From positions 64,001-128,000 of the forward strand of contig CAXXMV010000006.1 of NCBI GenBank assembly GCA_963662285.2: 64,000 nucleotides of DNA, given 5' to 3'. The notes below the pieces were generated by a model. That model ran no database searches, was not told where the DNA came from, and saw only the letters and a list, made by a program, of their open reading frames with translations. Positions 1 to 10,626 of the stretch are shown one piece after another. How positions within the stretch are numbered: position 1 is the stretch's first letter; the number at the start of each line of letters is the position of its first letter. Both the position numbers and the translations under genes were made by a program. This stretch comes from a bacterium. GTDB taxonomy: Bacteria > Hinthialibacterota > Hinthialibacteria > Hinthialibacterales > Hinthialibacteraceae.

Positions 1-93
1 CGCTTCAACGCCGACTTTAGTGAGGATGTTGTCTGCGTATAATTCACGTAACGCATATTCGCGAGCGATGCGTCGTGGTCCGGTTTGTCTCAT
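1..93 (-). CDS. nusB: Transcription antitermination factor NusB (5' part, runs off window)
   Basis: Manual translation [19 protein letters not shown] (Arg-rich RRxARExAL motif); ATGA overlap with ribH stop; ribH-nusB is conserved synteny. Confidence 0.8.
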   Translation of the reverse strand, partial: MRQTGPRRIAREYALRELYADNILTKVGVEA

Positions 94-554
94 AGTTGTT
101 CGCAAATGTTGGCCATCTCGATGGCGGTCATGGCGGCGTCAAAGCCTTTGTTGCCTGATTTAGTACCGGCCCGTTCAACGGCCTGTTCGATGGTGTTGGT
201 GGTAATAACGCCAAAGGATATGGGACATCCGGATTCTATGCTGACCTGAGCGATGCCTTTTGACGCTTCCGCCGCGACGTAATCGAAATGAGGCGTTTCG
301 CCGCGAATCACGGCCGCTAAAGCCAGCAGTGCATCGTATGAGCCGGATGCCGCCATCTTTTTAAGAATAATCGGCATTTCGAATGAACCGGGAACCCGTA
401 TGAGCGTGATCTGCTCTTCGCTGGCGCCGTGGCGCAGCAAACCATCCATCGCGCCCTCGTAGAGACGTTCAGTGATGAACGAATTGAAGCGGGATACTAC
501 AATACCGAATCGTTTCCCGGTTGCGTTTAATTGTCCTTCAATTATTTTAACCAT
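90..554 (-). CDS. ribH: 6,7-dimethyl-8-ribityllumazine synthase
   Basis: [33 protein letters not shown] motifs. Confidence 0.97.
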   Translation of the reverse strand: MVKIIEGQLNATGKRFGIVVSRFNSFITERLYEGAMDGLLRHGASEEQITLIRVPGSFEMPIILKKMAASGSYDALLALAAVIRGETPHFDYVAAEASKGIAQVSIESGCPISFGVITTNTIEQAVERAGTKSGNKGFDAAMTAIEMANICEQL

Positions 555-587
555 GATAACTCCTTTTTGTGAGATTTTCTTAATGCT

Positions 588-1778
588 CTATAGCATATGC
601 CCCATCCGTTTTTCTTTCGTCTGGAGATAATGGGTATTATATTTATTTCGACCCACCTTGATGGGTATCCGCTCGATGATCTCTAATCCAAATGCATCCA
701 AGCCATGAATCTTCATGGGATTATTGGTCATAATGCGCATTTTGCTAATGCCCAGGCTAGAGAGGATTTGCGCGCCGATGCCATATTCGCGTTCATCGGC
801 TTTGAGACCCAGTTTCAAGTTGGCGTCTACCGTGTCGTATCCTTCATCCTGCAATACATAGGCTTTCAGTTTATTGACAATGCCGATGCCGCGACCTTCC
901 TGTGACATATAAAGCAGCACGCCGCGTCCGGCTTCTTCTATTTGCTTCATGGCATAGCCCAGTTGCTCGCCGCAGTCGCAACGCAGTGAACCGAAGCAAT
1001 CTCCGGTCAGGCATTGATCATGGACTCGAACCAATACCGGTTCGGGGGTGGTGATATCGCCTTTGACCAGCGCGAAATGTTCTTTTTTATCAACATGACT
1101 GACGAATAGGTGTAGTTGGAAAATGCCGAATTTGGTCGGCATTTCGGTGATAAGTATTTTATCGACCAGTTGTTCGGTGTTAAGGCGATAGCGGATCAGG
1201 TCTTCGATAGTAACGATGCTGATATCATGTTTTTTTCCGAAAAGTTCCAAAGAGGGCATGCGCGCCATGGTTCCGTCATCGTCTAATATTTCGCATAGAA
1301 CGCCGACTGGCTCTAAGCCCGCCAGTTTCATTAAATCCACCGTTGCTTCAGTATGACCGGATCGCCGCAGCACGCCGCCGGGTTTGGCGATAATCGGGCT
1401 GATGTGACCCGGACGACCGAACGAATCGGCGGTAGATTTAGAATCGGCCAGTTTCTGTATAGTGATAGCCCGGTCCATTGCGGAGATGCCGGATTCAGTG
1501 CCTTCCAGGGCGTCTACCGTAATAGTGAAATTAGTGCTGTGCAGGGCGGTATTCTGTGAGGTCATCTGGTTGAGTTGGAGATATTTGGCTCTGTCTTCTT
1601 CCAGCGCAACGCAGACCAGCCCGCGTCCCTGGGTTACGATAAAATTCACTAGTTCAGGGGTAATGGACTGAGCGGGATAAACCAGATCGCCTTCGTTCTC
1701 CCTATTCTCATCATCGACGACAATGAGCATTTTCCCATTCTTAAGTTGTTTTATGGCTTCTTCTATGGAAACTTTCAT
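588..1778 (-). CDS. ribBA: Bifunctional DHBP synthase / GTP cyclohydrolase II
   Basis: DDENRENEGDL, RRSGHTEA, CLTGDCFGSLRCDCG, QEGRGIG motifs; start moved to ATG 1778 (AGGA upstream). Confidence 0.97.
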   Translation of the reverse strand: MKVSIEEAIKQLKNGKMLIVVDDENRENEGDLVYPAQSITPELVNFIVTQGRGLVCVALEEDRAKYLQLNQMTSQNTALHSTNFTITVDALEGTESGISAMDRAITIQKLADSKSTADSFGRPGHISPIIAKPGGVLRRSGHTEATVDLMKLAGLEPVGVLCEILDDDGTMARMPSLELFGKKHDISIVTIEDLIRYRLNTEQLVDKILITEMPTKFGIFQLHLFVSHVDKKEHFALVKGDITTPEPVLVRVHDQCLTGDCFGSLRCDCGEQLGYAMKQIEEAGRGVLLYMSQEGRGIGIVNKLKAYVLQDEGYDTVDANLKLGLKADEREYGIGAQILSSLGISKMRIMTNNPMKIHGLDAFGLEIIERIPIKVGRNKYNTHYLQTKEKRMGHML

Positions 1779-1905
1779 ACTGCTCTTTTCCTGTGTATCA
1801 CAAAAATTATGTGTATCGCTCAAATAAATTGTCGAACGAAAAAAGTCTGTATTTATCTATGAAAAAAAGAAAACTTGAAATATCGGGCGTCGCTTGCAGA
1901 ATTGG

Positions 1906-2559
1906 TTATTCTCCTGCAAAACCATATTGTCGCAGCTTCTCTATTGTTAAGCCAGAGCTGTGTGGTACAGAACCCACGGATAAGAGGCGCTGTACGTAAC
2001 GCGCCAGGATATCAACTTCCAGATTAACCGGATCGCCAACATTTTTACCGCGCAGGTTGGTTTGCTGTATCGTGAAGGGAATGATTGCAAACTGCGCAAT
2101 ATCGTCGTCCAGACTGGATATAGTTAAACTGATTCCATTGACGCATAATGATCCTTTGAAAGCTATGAATCCGGCTAAATCTTCAGGAAAGCGGATAGCC
2201 AGCCTACAAAATTCACCATCAGCAATAATCTCAGAAATAAGGCCGATGCCATCGACATGCCCGGAGACGATGTGTCCGCCAAGGCGGTCGGATGGCCGCA
2301 GCGCCGGTTCAAGGTTTAATGAGTCCCCTTTGCGCGCATCCTTAAAGGTAGTGCGTTGTACGGTTTCGCTGGACAGGTCGGCGGAAAAAAATCCATTGCC
2401 TAATTCACTCACCGTCAGGCATACGCCATTAACGCAGATGCTGTCGCCCAAAGCGGCCTCTTGGCTGATTAGTGGAGCGGCAATGCGCAGGCGTACGGAT
2501 TCTCCCTTATGCTGAATATCCGCCAGTTCGCCAATTTCGAGAACAATGCCCGTAAACAT
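1906..2559 (-). CDS. ribE: Riboflavin synthase (alpha chain)
   Basis: MFTGIV start, NGVCLT, GGHIVSGHVDG, VNLEVD. Confidence 0.97.
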   Translation of the reverse strand: MFTGIVLEIGELADIQHKGESVRLRIAAPLISQEAALGDSICVNGVCLTVSELGNGFFSADLSSETVQRTTFKDARKGDSLNLEPALRPSDRLGGHIVSGHVDGIGLISEIIADGEFCRLAIRFPEDLAGFIAFKGSLCVNGISLTISSLDDDIAQFAIIPFTIQQTNLRGKNVGDPVNLEVDILARYVQRLLSVGSVPHSSGLTIEKLRQYGFAGE

Positions 2560-2684
2560 TATGTTTAATAAAATCCTTTACTGGATCGATATGATTAATC
2601 CTTGAATGAATAACTATTCTATAATCTTTTTTTCTTTTTCTTCAGGGAGGATTAAGGGATATTATAGTCGAGATTTGATAATAA

Positions 2685-3842
2685 TCACCGTCTCAGGATT
2701 CCACGAATCAAAGTGTCCTGATCGAGAAGAGTTCGTTCTACTCTCTCTAATTGCATAGCCTGGTCGATAAGTTCGACGCCTTCGCCAAGGAAAAAGGATG
2801 GCGCTTCTGATCCACCAACGATTTTTGGAGCGATATATAAAAGCAGTTCGTTGGCCAATTTACTTTCAAGAAAAGCGGTGTGAATTTTCGGGCCGCCTTC
2901 AACCAGTACGCTTTGGATGCCGGATGCGGCTAATGATTCCAGAACATAACGCAAGTCGAGCGCTTGTCTTTTTCCGCTTACTGAAGTGACGCTGGCATTA
3001 AGAAAAGTAAGTTCCTGAATAGCGAAATCGGGCGCCGAATCATGACAGAAAATCCATACCGGCGCCTCGATGAAAGTGCGGAGGATTTGGGCGTCTCTTT
3101 TGATTTCTAATTGAGGGTCCAGAACAACACGGGTTGACTGCTTGATGTTAAGTTCTTCCATGCCGGGCATTCTGGAGGTTAAAAGAGGATCATCAGCTAT
3201 GATGGTTCCTATGCCGGTTAAGATGGCGTCGGTCTCCGCCCGGACCTGATGAGCGTGCGCACGGGCGGTTTCGCCGGTGATCCATTTGGAGCATCCGGTT
3301 TTGGAAGCCATTTTGCCGTCCAGCGAAATGGCTGCTTTTAGAATAACCCAGGGCATTTTGGTGGTGTGGTAATGAAAGAAAAATCTGTTTTCAAACCAGC
3401 ATTCATCCTCCATCAGACCAACATCAACTTGAATGCCATTTTCGCGTAGAGTTTCTATGCCTTGGCCTTTAACTTCATGGAAGGGATCGCGGATGGCGAC
3501 AACTACCCGGTCAATATCTGCATCAATAATGGCATCGGTGCAGGGTGGGGTTGCGCCGTGATGGCAGCATGGCTCCAGGGTAACGTACATAGTCGCCCCG
3601 ATGGGATCTTCAGTACAGTTGGCCAAGGCGATGCGTTCGGCGTGCGGCTCGCCTTTACGAAGGTGGTAGCCCTCGCCGATTATTTGAGAAGAGCATTTTT
3701 CGTTAGAAGAAGGCCGGGCAATTACGCAGCCAACGCGGGGATTAGGCGAAGTGGTGAATCGTCCCTTTCGCGCAAGGTCAAGCGCCCGCTGCATAAACGA
3801 GCGGTCTTCTTCGGAAAAAGTAATTGCTGTTGTTTGGCTCAA
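2685..3842 (-). CDS. ribD: Riboflavin biosynthesis deaminase/reductase RibD
   Basis: PNPRVGCV, HAE, TLEPCCHHGATPPC, SLDGK, VEGG. Confidence 0.97.
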   Translation of the reverse strand: MSQTTAITFSEEDRSFMQRALDLARKGRFTTSPNPRVGCVIARPSSNEKCSSQIIGEGYHLRKGEPHAERIALANCTEDPIGATMYVTLEPCCHHGATPPCTDAIIDADIDRVVVAIRDPFHEVKGQGIETLRENGIQVDVGLMEDECWFENRFFFHYHTTKMPWVILKAAISLDGKMASKTGCSKWITGETARAHAHQVRAETDAILTGIGTIIADDPLLTSRMPGMEELNIKQSTRVVLDPQLEIKRDAQILRTFIEAPVWIFCHDSAPDFAIQELTFLNASVTSVSGKRQALDLRYVLESLAASGIQSVLVEGGPKIHTAFLESKLANELLLYIAPKIVGGSEAPSFFLGEGVELIDQAMQLERVERTLLDQDTLIRGILRR

Positions 3843-4663
3843 TGAGACAACTGTCCGATTCTTTCGAGTCCCATCCGGTCAACAAATTCTACAATATCTT
3901 CAAGAATTTGTTCGAAGCGCCTACCATCACGCACCTCAATTATTATTGGACCGTTAAAATCAATCTGCCTTAATCCTGTGATGATTTCGTCCCAAGGCGC
4001 GGCGCCGTGTCCGGGAGTCATATGTTCGTCCACATTCCCGCGATTGTCGCTGGCGTGGACCGAAAATATTTTATCGCCAAAACGCGATATCGCTTTGGGT
4101 AGATATCCTCCAACAAATGCATGTCCAATATCAAGGCACATGCCGACATTGGGGAGATCAAGTTTATCCAGTCGATCATACAGTTCTATCGGATCAGAAC
4201 CAAAAAGTGGATAAGGAAAATTCTCGATAGCGATCTTGATGTCTCTGTCTTCAGCGTATCCGCTTAAATCGCTTAGCGTATGAGTCAAAGCATCCCATCG
4301 TTCCAGTGCTTCAAACAATCCTTCTTCAATACTGGATGGATGGAATGTGACGGTAGTGGCGCCCATAAGCATGGCGGCGTCCAATACTCTTTGGCATGAC
4401 ACTACTGTTTCATCGCGCTCTGTTTCGTAAGGTATAGATAGGTCACCCAAACTACTGGGCGCATGCATGGTCACACAACGAAATTTCAGGTTTCTTAACA
4501 AGATACCTGCTTCCTGAATTTCTTCAGGATTATTAATGTCGAGGTGTCGTGGAGTCGCAAAAATTTCAACTCCTTCAAAACCATGCTCGTGTATGTCTCG
4601 TAATTTCGACATGAACGTCGACGGAAGCCACGTATAAGATGATATAGAGAGATGCATATCCAA
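3839..4663 (-). CDS. Sugar phosphate isomerase/epimerase (xylose isomerase-like TIM barrel)
   Basis: IAIEN, CLDIGH, VHASDN, DEH..PGHG, IIE metal-binding motifs. Confidence 0.85.
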   Translation of the reverse strand: MDMHLSISSYTWLPSTFMSKLRDIHEHGFEGVEIFATPRHLDINNPEEIQEAGILLRNLKFRCVTMHAPSSLGDLSIPYETERDETVVSCQRVLDAAMLMGATTVTFHPSSIEEGLFEALERWDALTHTLSDLSGYAEDRDIKIAIENFPYPLFGSDPIELYDRLDKLDLPNVGMCLDIGHAFVGGYLPKAISRFGDKIFSVHASDNRGNVDEHMTPGHGAAPWDEIITGLRQIDFNGPIIIEVRDGRRFEQILEDIVEFVDRMGLERIGQLSH

Positions 4664-4862
4664 CCTCGTTTACCCGCAAACCCTATTGGATTAAAATCCA
4701 GGGCGTACCAAAAACCGGAAACCATATTTTTATTCTCAATTTTAGTATACTATACCTTAGTCGGAATAAAAACCGTTTCAAAAAATATTTAACCAAATTT
4801 TATTACGTACTGCTATATACCTTCCATAACAGTATAGCATCTTGTAGGATTTTTAACCAATT

Positions 4863-5405
4863 ATGAGCATAATTCAAGTATTTATTAATTTGAAAATTCC
4901 CGACAATATCGAGCGTACCGCTCTGTATGCGTGCCGTAGTAGTTTGGGCTTTGATTCGTTGGAATCTCTAAGCCGAACTGAGTTCTGGGAACTTGATTTT
5001 CCAGAACTTACGGAAGAACAGGCCATGCAAAAAGCTGAACGGCTGGTTGAGAAAACCTCCCTTTTCGCCAATCCAAATAAGCATCGCTGGCATTTGGATG
5101 CAGTAGATCGCCTTTTAGAAGATAATGGCGTCTTGACTGTGCCATCCTCCGCCAGCGCCTTAATTTTGGTATGCGACAGGGAAGATGGCAAGGCCGAGTC
5201 AACTTTAGAGGCGATTCACCGCTTCGAAGGTAATAACGCGCAACCTTCATCTTTGTTACGCGGCGTGTTATGGCAAGTGACTTTTGCCGGGACGGATCAG
5301 CAGATCATTCGAGAACAGGTTGAAAAACTTGCAGTTACGGAAAGCCGTTCTCAGGGTCTTTTGGTTAATCCCCATTATCAGAGCCATAGAATATTTTACC
5401 CGTGA
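4863..5405 (+). CDS. Tandem PurS-like domain protein
   Basis: Two ~90-aa halves ending LFANPNKH / LLVNPHYQ, like the PurS LLaNP motif; N-terminal V.L.K..D pattern. Confidence 0.6.
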   Translation: MSIIQVFINLKIPDNIERTALYACRSSLGFDSLESLSRTEFWELDFPELTEEQAMQKAERLVEKTSLFANPNKHRWHLDAVDRLLEDNGVLTVPSSASALILVCDREDGKAESTLEAIHRFEGNNAQPSSLLRGVLWQVTFAGTDQQIIREQVEKLAVTESRSQGLLVNPHYQSHRIFYP

Positions 5406-6394
5406 ATAATAAAAACAATTGTTCTCCAAATGATGTTAAATCCGATCAGATAGAGATAAACTCTGTTGCAGAAGAGGATTTCTCTGTTGTTTTGGATATT
5501 TTAGAATCGGCTTTTCCGGATATGTCGCGCTCGTTTTTTTATTCGATGACGATGCGCGATCCCTGGTATCAATCAAAATATAGTTTGATTGCCAAACGTA
5601 AAGACGATTCTTTCGCCCATGTCCAGATTTTTAAAAGGGTTCTTTCATTAGGCGGCGATAATATAACTTTCGGGGGGATCGGCAGCGTCGCTACCCGGCC
5701 CGAACATCGCGGGAATGGATATGCCAGCCGGTTGCTGAAGCGCGCATTGGACATAATGCGCGAAGAGGGTATGGCGGGATCGTTTTTATTTACTTCTATT
5801 CAGCCATTTTATGAAAAACTAGGTTGGCGAACCATCCAGCAAACAGAACAGGATATTCCGGTTAATTCGTTAACGGAAATATCATTTAAGCCTCATTGGA
5901 TTCGTCCAATGAGGGACGATGATATTCCCCAGTTGCAGGATATGTATCAACGCATCCAGCAACGCAATGGCGGAGGGATAATTCGTACGGAAGAATATTG
6001 GGAAGCCCGGTCATCATGGCTTTCGCATTTGCCTGTCGTCATTATTGAAGATGAAGAAATATTGGGCTATTTCTATTACGCCCAATATGATCTGAAAAAA
6101 CCGGTGCTGTCCATTACGGAATATGGGATGGTTCGCGATGATGAAATGATATTGGAAAGAATGCTTCGTCTTATGGCTCGCAAGGCGGAAGAATTGCAAT
6201 GTCATACTCTGCGCGGTTTTTTCCTGCACGATCCGTTTTGGAGAGAATATATTACAAGGCGAAAGTTGGTTGCCGGTGAGAGAGCGTTTGCATATTTGAT
6301 GTGGAATAATATTGGCGATGAGGATATCTTAGATGTTATTCAACAATCGGTCGCCAAGCGCCAATTGCTTTTTTGGACTACAGACGCTTTTTAG
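5402..6394 (+). CDS. GNAT family N-acetyltransferase (Eis-like)
   Basis: GGIGSVATRPEHRGNGYA acetyl-CoA motif, FYEKLGW, second GNAT-like half. Confidence 0.85.
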   Translation: MNNKNNCSPNDVKSDQIEINSVAEEDFSVVLDILESAFPDMSRSFFYSMTMRDPWYQSKYSLIAKRKDDSFAHVQIFKRVLSLGGDNITFGGIGSVATRPEHRGNGYASRLLKRALDIMREEGMAGSFLFTSIQPFYEKLGWRTIQQTEQDIPVNSLTEISFKPHWIRPMRDDDIPQLQDMYQRIQQRNGGGIIRTEEYWEARSSWLSHLPVVIIEDEEILGYFYYAQYDLKKPVLSITEYGMVRDDEMILERMLRLMARKAEELQCHTLRGFFLHDPFWREYITRRKLVAGERAFAYLMWNNIGDEDILDVIQQSVAKRQLLFWTTDAF

Positions 6395-6446
6395 GATCTG
6401 AACTTTTTTTTTCAACATCAGAAAATCGTGACGGAGAATGGCCTAG

Positions 6447-7547
6447 ATGGATCTTCAGCATAGTTTCATCAAGACTCAGAGAGAATTAGCTTCCAGTTCT
6501 CTTCATAAGTTTCAAGTATCATTAGTTTTGGTGGTTCTGGTAGTCATATTAGGCGCTACGGGTTTTTATTATATTGAATCCGTAGTATTCCTGGATAATG
6601 ATGTTCTTCAAGAAAATGAAAGCGCCCCGAAGAGTATGCTGGATGCTTTTTATTGGGCGATTGAAACCATTACTACAACTGGATATGGTGATATTCATCC
6701 TAGGACGAACATTGGCAAGCTGTGGGTGATTGGTTTTTCCGTGATTGGTTTGATTACTTTAGCTTATGCGGGAGCGTACGCCCTGGCTTTTATCGTTGAA
6801 GGACACCTCACCTTGGCCGTGCGGGAGAGAAAAATGGCGAAAGAAATCGCAAAGTTAAAGGATCACTTCATTATTTGCGGTATTGGGAGGGTCGGTAAAG
6901 AGATCGTGCGGCAGTTCCGCGGCAATCCCAAAGACTATATTGTCATAGACCGTGATGCGGATGTATTAGAGGAAACATTGAATGACGATGAACTGCGTAT
7001 AGTAGGCGATCCAACGCAGGATGAAATTATTAAAGAAGCCCGGATCGACACTGCATACGGTTTGATAACCTGCCTGCCCAGCGACGCGGATAACGTATTT
7101 ACCATACTGACGGCCAAAGGCCTGAATCCTAATCTTTTTATCATTGCACGCGGCGAAAACGAAAGTTCGCGTAATAAACTGCTCCGTGCGGGAGCGAATC
7201 GAGTGGTTTTACCTGCTCATATCGGCGGCGTTCGAATGGCATCAATGGCTATCAGGCCGGCGGTGGTTGATTTTATCGAACAGACTATCCTTTTTACAAG
7301 CGACCGCGAACCCCTGTTTTTGGAAGAGGTTGCTATAGAACCGGGCAATCCCTTCATCGGTAAAATGTTGAAGGAAACCAAAATTAAATCTGAAACGGAA
7401 GTTCTGGTGCTGGGAGTAAAAAAACGCACTGGCGCTCTTGATTACAATCCTTCATCAAACTACGTATTTCAGGAAGGCGATATCCTCATTGGCATGGGGC
7501 AGCAGCCCCAATTTGAACTTTTAAGGAGGCTGATCAGTTCTTCGTAA
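6447..7547 (+). CDS. Potassium channel with TrkA-N/TrkA-C (RCK) domains
   Basis: TTTGYGD selectivity filter, 2 TM helices, CGIGRVG Rossmann motif, C-terminal RCK_C. Confidence 0.93.
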   Translation: MDLQHSFIKTQRELASSSLHKFQVSLVLVVLVVILGATGFYYIESVVFLDNDVLQENESAPKSMLDAFYWAIETITTTGYGDIHPRTNIGKLWVIGFSVIGLITLAYAGAYALAFIVEGHLTLAVRERKMAKEIAKLKDHFIICGIGRVGKEIVRQFRGNPKDYIVIDRDADVLEETLNDDELRIVGDPTQDEIIKEARIDTAYGLITCLPSDADNVFTILTAKGLNPNLFIIARGENESSRNKLLRAGANRVVLPAHIGGVRMASMAIRPAVVDFIEQTILFTSDREPLFLEEVAIEPGNPFIGKMLKETKIKSETEVLVLGVKKRTGALDYNPSSNYVFQEGDILIGMGQQPQFELLRRLISSS

Positions 7548-7600
7548 CCATATCGATCTCCCTGTTGTGAGTTACAATAAACTTAGAACGATTAATTCTT

Positions 7601-7714
7601 GAGAGTAGTTGTCATAATAATGTTCTGATTGGCGATTCGTAGAAGCCAGAAAAGAGTGGCTTCTACGAAGACCAAACGTGATAATGATCGAACATATTTT
7701 TGATAATCGCTCTA
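7601..7714 (+). mobile_element. MITE-like ~112-bp dispersed repeat, copy 1
   Basis: Imperfect terminal inverted repeats (GAGTAGTTGTCATAATAATGTTC ... GAACATATTTTTGATAATCGCTC); internal 13-bp hairpin TTCGTAGAAGCCA/TGGCTTCTACGAA; similar copies at 21822, 50019, 40842. Confidence 0.75.
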
Positions 7715-7734
7715 GATGCGTGGTTATTTCAGTA

Positions 7735-9516
7735 ATGTCAATATCTTCTTCGAATGAACCAATCGGCCTATTTCGCGCTTTAACTGCTTATGTCAAGCCG
7801 GTGGTTTGGCGTGAAATCGCTGGAATACTCTGCTTGATGACATATAGTTATCTCGTAATTTGCATCCCTGCCTATGTAAAACAAATCATTAACTCTATAG
7901 AAAACGGGACTGATAAACAGACTTTATTGGTTTCATGTTGTCTGATCCTGTTATTGGCTTCTGGAGCAGCTTGTCTATTATTCCTGGCCCGCTGGTTAAT
8001 TATCGGAGCATCCCGCTCGGTTGAAATGACTATGCGTAATGATTTTTTTAGGCATATACAGCGATTAACGCCGGGATTCTATCATCGCAGCAAAACGGGC
8101 GATCTGATGATCCATTTCAGCAGCGATCTGGAACAAGTCAGGTTGTTAATCGGTCCGGGGATTATGTACCCTTTCAATGCCTGCCTGATAACTATACTGG
8201 CCTTTTATTCGATGCTTTTGGTCAATGTGGAACTTACCTTTACTCTATTGGTTCCAGTTGTGGTTTTGATGGTTTACGTCAATTTCAATACCCGTAAACT
8301 GCACAAGGTCTATCAGCAATCGCAGGAGGTTTATTCGGAACTGACCGCCATGGTGCAGGAGAATTTCTCCGGCATCCGGGTTATCAAGGCGTATTGTCAG
8401 GAAGAGGCGGAAGTGGGCCGGTTCCATGAAATCGGTCAACGTTATGTAGCCAAGAATATCGAGCAGGTTAAACTGCGTGGACGTCTTTTCCCATTTATGC
8501 GTTTCATCGCCGGCCTGGGAGTGGTTATCATCCTGTGGCGCGGTGGATTGAAGGTGATACACGGTCAACTGACTTTAGGCGACCTGGTTCAGTTCGCCAT
8601 CTATTATCAAATGCTGATGTGGCCTATCATCGCGCTGGGTTGGATTATCAATGTAATCCATCGCGGAGTTGCTTCATGGCGCCGGGTAAAGATAATTCTT
8701 GATACGAGGCCGGATGTTGAAGATGTTTCTGATGTTGTTTTGACAACTCCGCTCAGCGGCGCCATAGAAGTGCGTGATCTGGCTTTTGGTTATGAAGAAG
8801 ATGCGCAGCCTGTTTTGCATAATATATCGTTCACTATTGAACCTGGACAGACCTTAGCCATTGTTGGTCAAACCGGTTGTGGAAAATCAACTCTGGTCAA
8901 TGCGCTGCTGCACCTTTACCCGGTAGAGCGGGGCATGATCTTTTTCGATGGCCGTGATATCAACGATATTTCTCAAAACGATTTACGCCACTCAATTGCT
9001 TATGTTTCTCAAGAAGTTTTTCTTTTTTCTGAGAGCATACAAGAAAATATTCTGTTCGGGATGGATGATCCCGGCGCCGCTACTGAAACTGATGTTATCG
9101 CCGCAGCCCAACGCGCCCAGCTGCACCGGGACCTGGATATGCTGCCGGATGGCTATCAAACCATCGTGGGCGAACGCGGCGTCATGCTTTCCGGCGGGCA
9201 AAAGCAGCGCACCGGAATCGCCCGCGCCTTGATCCTTGAGCGGCCTATCCTGATTTTTGACGACAGTCTTTCCGCGGTTGACGCTGATACTGAAGAAGCC
9301 ATTTTACAGAGCGTCTCCGGGGATATTAATGATTGCACCGCAATTCTGATCAGTCACCGTATATCCACCGTCAAAAACGCTGACCATATTATTGTTTTAG
9401 ATGAAGGCCGCATAGTTGAAGAAGGCTCTCATCAAGAATTAATAGCGCAGGAGGGCTTGTACGCCCGCATCAATAAGCGCCAGATTCTGGAAGAGAGCCT
9501 TGGCATCCGCCAGTAA
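7735..9516 (+). CDS. ABC exporter, fused permease/ATPase (MdlA/YheI-like)
   Basis: 6 TM, GQTGCGKST Walker A, LSGGQKQR, ILIFDDSLSAVD, SHR; start moved downstream of the MITE. Confidence 0.92.
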   Translation: MSISSSNEPIGLFRALTAYVKPVVWREIAGILCLMTYSYLVICIPAYVKQIINSIENGTDKQTLLVSCCLILLLASGAACLLFLARWLIIGASRSVEMTMRNDFFRHIQRLTPGFYHRSKTGDLMIHFSSDLEQVRLLIGPGIMYPFNACLITILAFYSMLLVNVELTFTLLVPVVVLMVYVNFNTRKLHKVYQQSQEVYSELTAMVQENFSGIRVIKAYCQEEAEVGRFHEIGQRYVAKNIEQVKLRGRLFPFMRFIAGLGVVIILWRGGLKVIHGQLTLGDLVQFAIYYQMLMWPIIALGWIINVIHRGVASWRRVKIILDTRPDVEDVSDVVLTTPLSGAIEVRDLAFGYEEDAQPVLHNISFTIEPGQTLAIVGQTGCGKSTLVNALLHLYPVERGMIFFDGRDINDISQNDLRHSIAYVSQEVFLFSESIQENILFGMDDPGAATETDVIAAAQRAQLHRDLDMLPDGYQTIVGERGVMLSGGQKQRTGIARALILERPILIFDDSLSAVDADTEEAILQSVSGDINDCTAILISHRISTVKNADHIIVLDEGRIVEEGSHQELIAQEGLYARINKRQILEESLGIRQ

Positions 9517-9648
9517 TTTATTTTTTTCTTATTGGGTTTTTTTCTGTTACAATGTTTGAGTAATGTTTAATTGGTGTTTAAATATGTGCTATATTCTACT
9601 TAATTAATATGTAATCGTTTTTGATTTTATATTTAGGGAGATACCGAA

Positions 9649-10548
9649 ATGGGTAAAAAGAAGAAAGATAAACCTCAAGAAAAAAACAAAGAAAAACAGG
9701 AAGCCAAGTCATCTGTTGAGAAAGAGATAATTGAATCTCCGGGTAATGATGTCAACCACGACGTAAAAAAAGAAAAAATGCCAAACAAGGAATATGAAAA
9801 AGAGTTGGCTAAACTCCAGATAGAACTGGTTAAATTGCAGGAATGGGTCAAGCATGAGCAATTAAAAGTCGTGGTCCTCTTTGAAGGGCGTGACGCCGCC
9901 GGTAAGGGGGGCGTCATTAAAAGAATCACCCAATCGCTTAGTCCCCGCATCTGCCGCGTGGTCGCCTTGGGCACCCCGACCGAGCGTCAAAAAACCCAAT
10001 GGTATTTTCAACGATATGTTTCAGAGTTACCCGCTGCGGGGGAATTGGTCCTTTTTGACCGTAGTTGGTATAACCGGGCTGGCGTTGAGCGCGTCATGGG
10101 ATTCTGCACCAGTGAAGAGCACCGGGAATTTCTGCGCTCCTGCCCTGAATTCGAGCGTATGTTGGTTCGTTCTGGAATTATTTTGATTAAATATTGGTTT
10201 TCAGTCAGTGATGAGGTGCAGGAGATTCGTTTCCAGGATCGCATTAAGAATCCAACCAAACGTTGGAAATTAAGCCCGATGGATTTGGAATCCCGCGAAA
10301 AATGGGAAGAGTATTCAAAGGCCAAAGATGAGATGTTCGCCTATACGGATATCAAACAGGCGCCTTGGTATGTTGTAAATGCTGACGTCAAGAAAAAGGC
10401 GCGCCTCAATTGCATCTCACATTTATTGAGCATGATTCCCTATGAGGATTTGACTCCCAAGCCATTTGAGTTGCCTCCCAGAAAAATTAATCACGCCTAC
10501 GTGCGGCCTCCATATTCAGATCAGACTTTAATACCGGAGATATTTTGA
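9649..10548 (+). CDS. ppk2: Polyphosphate kinase 2
   Basis: FEGRDAAGKGG, FDRSWYNRAGVERVMGF, WKLSPMD. Confidence 0.97.
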   Translation: MGKKKKDKPQEKNKEKQEAKSSVEKEIIESPGNDVNHDVKKEKMPNKEYEKELAKLQIELVKLQEWVKHEQLKVVVLFEGRDAAGKGGVIKRITQSLSPRICRVVALGTPTERQKTQWYFQRYVSELPAAGELVLFDRSWYNRAGVERVMGFCTSEEHREFLRSCPEFERMLVRSGIILIKYWFSVSDEVQEIRFQDRIKNPTKRWKLSPMDLESREKWEEYSKAKDEMFAYTDIKQAPWYVVNADVKKKARLNCISHLLSMIPYEDLTPKPFELPPRKINHAYVRPPYSDQTLIPEIF

Positions 10549-10569
10549 TTTATTTAGTTATATTACCAC

Positions 10570-10598
10570 AAAAGGCGACTCTATCGGGTCGCCTTTTT
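10570..10598 (+). terminator. Intrinsic terminator after ppk2
   Basis: AAAAGGCGACTC-TATC-GGGTCGCCTTTTT. Confidence 0.8.
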
Positions 10599-10626
10599 GT
10601 TTAGGTAAGATTATTATAATTAATTT

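Noticed and set aside
4664-4905. Possible FMN riboswitch for the rib operon (TGAAAATTCCCGAC at ~4891)
   Set aside because: Wrong strand, inside a CDS, and the other RFN motifs are missing
7678-7734. N-terminal extension of the ABC transporter in the ORF track
   Set aside because: Starts inside the MITE; ATG 7735 is more plausible
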